A DNA stretch of 63,043 nt, counting the filler, from Bigelowiella natans CCMP2755 (lineage: Eukaryota > Protista > Cercozoa), in assembly GCA_000320545.1 (NCBI GenBank). It is 5 parts of 5 records of this genome, joined end to end, with 100 filler letters (N's around TTAATTAATTAA, not from the genome) between each part and the next. Parts side by side here need not be neighbours in the genome. Positions count along the whole stretch, not along the records: positions 42,082 to 58,756 come from ADNK01001066.1; positions 58,857 to 63,043 come from ADNK01002221.1; 3 more parts are not named here. The stretch is one strand, 5' to 3'. Shown here one piece after another: positions 55,506 to 63,043 of the stretch. Position 1 is the first letter of the stretch; each line of letters begins with the position of its first letter. The notes under the pieces are model-generated. The model made no database searches, had not been told where the DNA came from, and worked only from the letters and a program-made list of their open reading frames with translations. The translations under genes and the position numbers were made by a program.

Positions 55506-56595
55506 ATGGCGGCTATCGCGGAGGTAACTCGCCTGGCCCTCAGGCTCCCACTGACGAATCCTGTTAGGGTTAGAGGGAAATATGCTGATGTTTGACGGGG
55601 GGAGTTTGGGCGGGAGTATGGAATTTTACCTGTAAGCATTCCAAACTGAAAGCAGAGCTCCCAAACAGTGATATAATGAATATTCGTAGATCATTTTGAA
55701 CCCGTGTTTCCTGCTTGTCCTGGCGGTGTTACTCGTTCTCCTTTTCCTCAAACCGTCGCTTCCCGAGCGCCTTCTCATTGGGTGGGTATTTCGAGCGAAT
55801 GCTGCTTTCTTTTGTGTGGGACATAATTGACTTTTTATTGGGGATACGATTGGTTGGAGTGTTGGTGATAGTGGATGAGGACGATAATGAAATGGTGATG
55901 ATGTTCACGATGGAGATTGTGTTAATGAACATGTGAGCAATATTTATGCATACATACTCAATTATGTAATAAATACTCTATGTACGCCTCGAACAATACT
56001 CCCTCTCTCTCTCTTTCCTCCTTCCGCATTCTCTCATCCCCATCCCCTCTCTCTCTCATACAAGCAATTCCAACCACAGGTTAAAATATGTGGTGCCTCC
56101 AAAGCAAGAAGAGGTAGCATTATTTTCGCAAACGAAACGACTTAGGGGAAATACTTTCCATTATTATTATCTCAAGGGTGGCCTGCTCATCATCATTTCC
56201 TACTCATCAGATCGAGAAGACCATAAAGATGAAATACGATGCAGAGCAGACAAGGAACAGGTCATGATGCTTTTTAAGTCCTTGATCACTTGCATGCAAG
56301 ATACGCGACATTCCGACCAACGTGAAAGTGGACCGATCACGTGCGCTTATTCACATTTTCTTGTCGGAAGGAGTGTAACCATTGACCGTGCATCATCGTG
56401 TTTTGGTTCCGAAGTTACCCCCCCATATGTGATTTGCGTGGTCAACGAACGAACTTCCTCATTTCTACTCACAACAAAATAGGAAGAAAGCCCGGAATAA
56501 AGCTTCCAAGGTTGCGATTAGCGAGAGGGGGGTTTGAATAAGGGGACGATGCTGACGATGATGACGACTATGAGCTCTGAACCGCTCTCACTCTG

Positions 56596-56679
<84 letters not shown>

Positions 56680-57343
56680 TGTGTGTATGCAGATCCCTGT
56701 GTTGCATCAATCGCACGCCGAGCTAAATGTGGGCGTCATTAATCGAAGTGCGCTGTACGAAGTGTTCGGCGGCATGGTCACCGTTTCCTTCCTCGGAGGT
56801 AATAAGTCACTCATAAATGTCCAGTTTCCGTAAGACTATCATCTACTCGATGATCGCCTCTATGGGCATAGAGAAGATTTTGTTTCAGTTTTTTAAAACA
56901 AGAGATGCAAGAGTTGATACAAAACTAAAGTCCTTGCGCACTTGTTTCCATCGCCTCCGGCTACGAAAGCGTTTGTTTTTCTTTGGTTTTCGAAAAGGCA
57001 AAACACGCCCATGCACACATGCAGTAGTCGAACCCCTAGTGCAGTTGTCGTGTCTATCGTCGTCATTTCATCGTCGCGAGCATGTCAATGAGTAAGTCAC
57101 GGCAACGATATTATTAGTGTGCGGGATTATTCTTGGCCAGATTATGAGGGTGGTCATTCAGTATCTTTTTTACAACGATGGTGATGCCGATGGAACAGCT
57201 GTAAGTGCATTAACATCAACATAAGAATGGGGAGAGCGGGGTGGGGTAGAGAAGCAGCAGCAGCGTCGTCATGGAGGCGTGTACGTGTGAGCCATCTATC
57301 ACGTGAAAACCATGGCAAGCAGCAGGGGTTTTACTACTCATTC

Positions 57344-57399
<56 letters not shown>

Positions 57400-57789
57400 T
57401 GTATGTGTGCGTGCGTGCGCGCGTCTGCCTAGGTGTATTAATTGCGAGTGACTTTTATATCACCATCCAGGTCGGAGATGGAATGAAGTACGAGATTCTG
57501 CTAGCGATGGCTGCGATTGTGCACGGGTCCTCCTCCTCTTTTTTGTTTGTTCAACTTGTGGAAGAAAATAGAAAATAATGGACGTCTTTGAAGAAGATTG
57601 TGTATTCGTGGGTGGATGCGTGTGGATTGATGCGCTTATGTGTTGTTATTATTGTTGTTTCTGTTGCTCCAAGCTGGTACTCGCTCTTCCAAATCTTCCC
57701 TTATCTCTCGTGGGATTCTTACCAAGTAATGATGCTACCGTTAGGATATATTATAAAACACACACACACATACACACACACACACACCA

Positions 57790-57837
<48 letters not shown>

Positions 57838-58058
57838 TCATAGTATAGTACTCCATGTGTATTTGTATTCATATATTCATTTATGAGCCAAACAGAGCTA
57901 CATGTAATCACATACTCGCTCTGAGTCCTATATCCCCTTGTGTCCCTTCATTCTTCCTCTGTTTTATTTTGTTGTTGCTTTAATTCTTCTACAGGTTCGA
58001 ATCTCTTGCCAAATTTCTATGGTGATAAGTCGATACTGTCCTATCCCCTCCCCCCACC

Positions 58059-58097
<39 letters not shown>

Positions 58098-58400
58098 CCC
58101 TACGACAATTTCGGAGGGAGGGGGAGAATAAGAGGATAAGAGGAAATTATAAGAGCTGTTTGTCCTGCGACACGCGACTATCTGATTGGATATTTGTGTG
58201 CGCCTGGATGGTATTTAGGTGACGCTTGGCGTCGCATTGGCGTGCTTGCGTGTCTCCTCATTAGAGGGAGGGGGAAGTGGTCGTTCTCCTTTTTCTTCTG
58301 GGCATTATGATGATGACAGAGAGATAGATTCGTATCGACTGATGGATAGGCGAGCGATGACGATAACAATGATGAGTGGGTTCTACGTGACAAGTGCCCA
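55506..58400 (+). CDS. Multi-exon membrane protein, possibly an MBOAT (SOAT/DGAT1-like) N-half, truncated by the gap
   Basis: GT-AG exons include IPVLHQSHAELNVGVINRSALYEVFGGMVTVSFLG, IMRVVIQYLFYNDG, WYSLFQIFPYLSW and VTLGVALACLR. The family assignment is weak. Confidence 0.35.
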
Positions 58401-58571
58401 AGTGCGTGATGCTAACGCCCTCGTATCCTTCCCCCAACCACACATCAGGCGAAAAAGACGGCAACCACAATGCCTTCGAATTCAGATTGGACGAGGTAGT
58501 AGAGCCTCCCTTCTCCCAACCGCTCCGCCGTTTATCGCTCACCCCCTCCCCCCCCCCCCCACCACACACGG

Positions 58572-58605
<34 letters not shown>

Positions 58606-58756
58606 CTCTCGTGGACACCTGGGGCACGGGACCCACGTATATTAAAATTAGGGGGCCCCCTCTTTCAGGGGCCTTTTGTTGTGGAAAGATCTTAGGGAAA
58701 ATTCCTACCCCCCGGAACAAGAGGGGGGAGAAAAACATAATCTCCTCACGTTCCTC

Positions 58757-58856
58757 NNNNNNNNNNNNNNNNNNNNNNNNNNNNNNNNNNNNNNNNNNNN
58801 TTAATTAATTAANNNNNNNNNNNNNNNNNNNNNNNNNNNNNNNNNNNNNNNNNNNN
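58757..58856. other. Assembly gap linker
   Basis: 44N-TTAATTAATTAA-44N. Confidence 0.97.
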
Positions 58857-58948
58857 GAACAATCACGCGTCCTCTATATAGAACTGCTCACTCTACACTC
58901 GCACTCTCTATCTCTCTCTCTCACGCAAACTCACACACACATAATCAC

Positions 58949-59029
<81 letters not shown>

Positions 59030-59089
59030 CGAGTGTCTATATGGTGAATATATGTAAGTGCCATAATTCTTTAGGAGTCGCTATTTGAA

Positions 59090-59201
59090 CGCGTACAAGC
59101 CACCTTTCGTACAGTAGAGAAAGATCCCACGCCGAGTACCTTGAAGGAAATCGATATCAGTACGTGATGTGATGTGGCATGACGTGATGTGATGTTTCCC
59201 T

Positions 59202-59246
<45 letters not shown>

Positions 59247-59916
59247 GTGATTATGTAAGATACCGTGTCCATCTCAAGATCTTCCAAGGAGATTTCTTGG
59301 AGCTCCGTTGTATTTTCGAGAGCAGCAGCATGTTTTCTGTTATTTTTGGCCTCTCGCTCCGTCGTCGTTGTCGTTGTCTGGGCCTGGTGACGAATTAGCA
59401 GCTCACGACATTGTTTTCCGAGCGCATTCATATACATGTGAAGTAGCCTTGCATGGCCTCGTTGTCAGCTCTCTCTGTGTATGGGTGTGTGCGTGTATGT
59501 GTGTGTGTGTGTGTGTTTGCATATATATGTGTATTTGCGTGTGCTTTGGAGAGACATTTTCTAGTGTCCCTGAGTGAGAGATTACATCAGATGATGATTT
59601 GTTCTCGCTCTCAGTTGATTTAGCTTGCCCTGCTCCTCCTCGTCGTTCCTTCGTTTCTTTATCGTCCCCATCCTTCCCATCCGCCCCGGACTACCAGTGT
59701 AGAGGACAATCAATTAAAACCGGAGTTAAAGTCAGCATGCGTGGCGAAAGATCGTTCCCACGACGATTTCCAATGCTTCGTCTAACATGCTAATCGCAGC
59801 GTTTATTACCAGTTTCAAGTCACTCAATCTTGCGTAAATGCCCGCCCTGAGTATATCAGATTAAGGGGAAAGAAAGTAGTGATAGTAAGCCTTTCCGATT
59901 TTCATCAATTATCGAT

Positions 59917-59960
<44 letters not shown>

Positions 59961-60353
59961 TAACCTCCCTTAAAATATATGTCAAAAGACAACAAACTAC
60001 AGTTTTCCCCACCCTTTCCCCTCTTTTTTGATATGAATATGTATCGAACCCGGTCTATCGAAAATCTATATTGGTATCTAGTTTCTGAACGTAATTGCGT
60101 ACTTGTCATCATCATCATCCTCTCGAAGCGAGGACCTCGGCTGTGAAGCCGCATCGCAAGCTGCTGTTGAAGGCTCCGCAGGATCATCAGCTGTAGCTGG
60201 AGAGCGTGGTGTACTCAGGATTTCCTTCTTAGAGGCTTTCGTCTGATTGATCAACTCGTAGTTGCGGCCAACGAGGTTTCGCGGACGCACATTGAGAATT
60301 CTGTCGCTTTCGATCAAACGAACAGGCCATCGTCCCTCCTGCCATGTCAACAA
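59090..60353 (-). CDS. Internal exons of an uncharacterised gene adjacent to the retrotransposon
   Basis: Exons include WQEGRWPVRLIESDRILNVRPRNL (small beta-barrel-like motif) and LHMYMNALGKQCRELL...EDLEMDT, with GT donors. Confidence 0.45.
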
Positions 60354-60472
60354 AGGAAGAAGACAAAAAAGAGGTTTCTAAGTGACTGTTATTTCATTTC
60401 TGTCTCTATGGAGACTCTCTATTACCAACCTTCCGCCCGGATCCCCAACCCTCCCCCTCCTCCCCCTCCTAT

Positions 60473-60825
60473 TGTTACGCGCGAACCTTGAAGGGCCCAT
60501 GTAGCGCGTACCACTACGCGGGCACAAGTCACGTGCGACAACAAAGGGGTTGTCGCGGATATAGAATATAGATAACGTAGATATTAATACAGCATAGGCA
60601 CGTGGGTTCCGGCGGGACTCATGGCAGCACACCGGAAGTGTGCTGCCCCACGTGCGGCGGCATTCGCGAAAGCTTCGCGAATGATTACGCAGTGCACGAT
60701 TTAATAAAAATATAATCTTTAATAAAAATAAACACAACTCTTCAAAAGGAAGCAAACGTGCCTTTCCCCCCCCCTGCCTACTTGTGCACGTAGCGCCTCG
60801 GCCTGTGAACACCTTACGCGCAACA
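60473..60825 (+). mobile_element. 5' LTR (~353 bp) of an LTR retrotransposon
   Basis: Begins TGTTACGCG and ends CGCGCAACA (TG...CA, 8/9 inverted termini). Contains a TATA-like stretch near 60559 and three AATAAA at 60703-60733. Followed by a PBS-like sequence and gag. Confidence 0.8.
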
Positions 60826-60830
60826 ACCTT

Positions 60831-60848
60831 TGGCTTCCACACACGGGA
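60831..60848 (+). promoter_or_regulatory. Candidate tRNA primer-binding site TGGCTTCCACACACGGGA
   Basis: Starts with TGG (complement of CCA) 5 nt after the LTR end, and its reverse complement resembles a tRNA 3' end. The cognate tRNA is not identified. Confidence 0.6.
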
Positions 60849-60854
60849 AACGAT

Positions 60855-63043
60855 TTGACTAACAATGTCACAGCAGCTAGAAGAACAGCAGACTTTGGCT
60901 CGCAGGCCGTGCAAGGGCACGAGCAGAAACAGGAAAGGAAGGGCGATACGGACGCTAAGGAAGGAGGAGGAACACCTCCACAGGCACCGCCGGGACCAGC
61001 ACCCGGGATTAAGAAAGCAGATGCAGCAGCAGAGGCACTGGAGAACTTCTACGAGGCGGACGACGAGGACGTGGCCGCCGAAAGCAAGAAGGTCGTAATG
61101 GCATTACGAGCCTTGCGACCCAGGGCGAGCAACTACGCCAAACTGAAAGTATCGATAGAATACAAGTATCAGACACATGATGTTTGGGCAGCTATCATGC
61201 AGGACATCATGGATTACGAAGCAGACTTACCTCCAGAGTGGGCAGCTTTGTTTAGGAACGACGGGGGTCTGGGCGCCTCGCGGGGGACGACCCAGAGCAC
61301 CGTCAAGCAGCAGCAGCCGGTACAGCGGAACACCCAGTTCATGTCTGTTAAAACAGCACCGGTTATGATAACGAAATACAACGGGAAAAGAGGTGAGGCA
61401 AGGAGGTGGTGGAAGAACGCTAGGAGTATACTCTGCGACTTTACCCCTAACCCCACCGAAAACGACAAGCTCAAATGGCTAGCTATAATAAAGCAAGCCA
61501 TGGACCTTTACGAGACAGGCAGGACCCGGATCAGGCAGCTAGAGAAAATACACACTACAGTTAGTGGGCTACGAGACGTTGAGGCGATAATGAAGGCTTT
61601 TGTAAATGAACAGGATGCTAACTCCCTACCCCAGGCTATTAGAAAATACAGAGCAATGATGCAGCATGAGAGAGAACCTGTTAGAGACTTTGCCACGCGC
61701 TTCCAGGATATGATCGACGAACTACATGATTTTAATTACAACACAGGTGATGATCAGGCAAGGTTTGAAGAGTTCAAGTTAAAGATAAAGGAATCCACTT
61801 ACGTTACGGAGAAAGGCTACACCACGATGGAGGCAGCAGTGCAGGCTATATCCCTACGCGAGCAGGAGCAGGACCGCAAGTTTACCAGCCCTAAGGTACC
61901 TGGCATAGGAAACATTAACGCTATTAAGCCGCAGCGAGACTGGTACAAGGACAGGGAAGGTAACCGACGTTGCGGATACTGCTCACGTAAAGGGAAACAC
62001 ACCGCTAAAGACTGCAGAGACAGGAAAGAAGGACGACCCAGGATGACGATCAGGCAGCTCAACGAACACTACGAGAAGTTAAAGAGAAAGAAAGGCAGAG
62101 GACAAGGATATAACAACAGCAAATGGCAAGGCAGCAACAACGGGAAGAACAATAAATATAAGAACAAAAAGCAGAACAGTATCAATGCTATACAGCAGCA
62201 GATAAACGGAATATTAGATCACCTTAAGCAGGCGCCGACGAAGACAGCAGTACCAGCAACGCAGGACCAAGACAAGCCCATGACCCTAGACGACATAAAG
62301 AACTTAGGAGTATGCAACATTAATGACGAAGACGCTAACAGGACTATCAAAGTTGCTATGACCAAGGTTAAAGTTAAAGACAGCTACGGAGACTACAAGA
62401 AACTACCTGCCCTTTGGGATAGTGGCAGCATGCCGAAGTCCTTCATAAGCCTAAGCACAGTAAGAAGGTTAGGACTATTGGATCAAGTGACTAAGAAAGA
62501 ACGTAAATATGCTCAAGCAGACGGAAGCTCTTCCATGAAGACCGTCGGTGAGCTAATGCTAAAGCTACAGATACCTGGCAGCGACGCGGAGACCCAAATC
62601 AAGACCCGAGTAGCCATGACTTTATCCATGGAACTACTCCTCGGACAGGATGCCCTAGAAAAATTAGGGGGGATCATATCATTCTACAATCACAAGATAT
62701 ACTTTGCTAAGTTGCCAAAGAAGTCAGGCAGGACCATCAGCCAGAACATGATACGGCTTGACGAGTGGACCTCTGAGTCAAGCGTTAATGCGTTAGAGTT
62801 TATGGACCTAGCGGACAACAAGCTACCTACACCTACCGAGCTACGGAAGAAGAACCCCGGCAAGACCATCCGACAGATAACGGAGCTACTGGACAGACCC
62901 CCCCAGCTGATGATTGGGATATCGACAAAGGCAAAAGTACATTAATAAAATATTAAACGAGAAGTACTCTGACATCACCAGCCGACGACGAAGCCCTTCA
63001 GCAAGCTTACCCCAGGTAAAGGATCGAGCTTAAGAAGGGATAC
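60855..63043 (+). mobile_element. LTR retrotransposon gag-protease (probably Ty3/Gypsy), running off the window
   Basis: Gag motifs KYNGKRGEARRWW and QHEREPVRDFATRF, zinc knuckle CGYCSRKGKHTAKDC, aspartic protease ALWDSGS...LLLGQDAL. After frameshifts, IELKKG resembles the pre-RT region of Gypsy pol. Confidence 0.9.

Noticed and set aside
55564-55573. TTAGGGTTAG telomere-like motif
   Set aside because: Fewer than two units; chance or at most a telo-box.
58608-58735. GC-rich short inverted repeats before a gap, as a possible transposon end
   Set aside because: Single occurrence truncated by the gap, with no partner terminus or TSD visible.

Overview
Gene-dense, intron-rich eukaryotic nuclear DNA with GT-AG introns, many microsatellites and four 100-bp assembly gap linkers. 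It probably comes from an alga with a complex (secondary) plastid. A chlorarachniophyte-like organism is inferred from bipartite signal+transit N-termini. Manual exon splicing recovers an OTU-like deubiquitinase end, a Kelch protein, VTA1, NAA30/MAK3, an organellar ValRS, a TFIIS-N domain protein, a TK-like (pseudo)kinase, ISCA2, an S1-domain protein, a WW protein, a secreted PAN-like protein, a RapZ-C-terminal-domain protein, NDC1, a tandem ABM/IsdG-like protein, a ModF-like ABC ATPase, a multi-pass membrane protein, a tandem VOC protein and the 5' LTR + gag-protease of an LTR retrotransposon. The most unusual signal is non-coding. Genes alternate strand almost perfectly. The spacers carry a shared ~60-bp element and CTAG/CATG/TGCA-rich sequence. 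Several blocks have lost nearly all TpA dinucleotides except those inside CTAG (e.g. 465 bp with no TA), which suggests a targeted TA->TG/CA hypermutation acting on spacers and dead genes.
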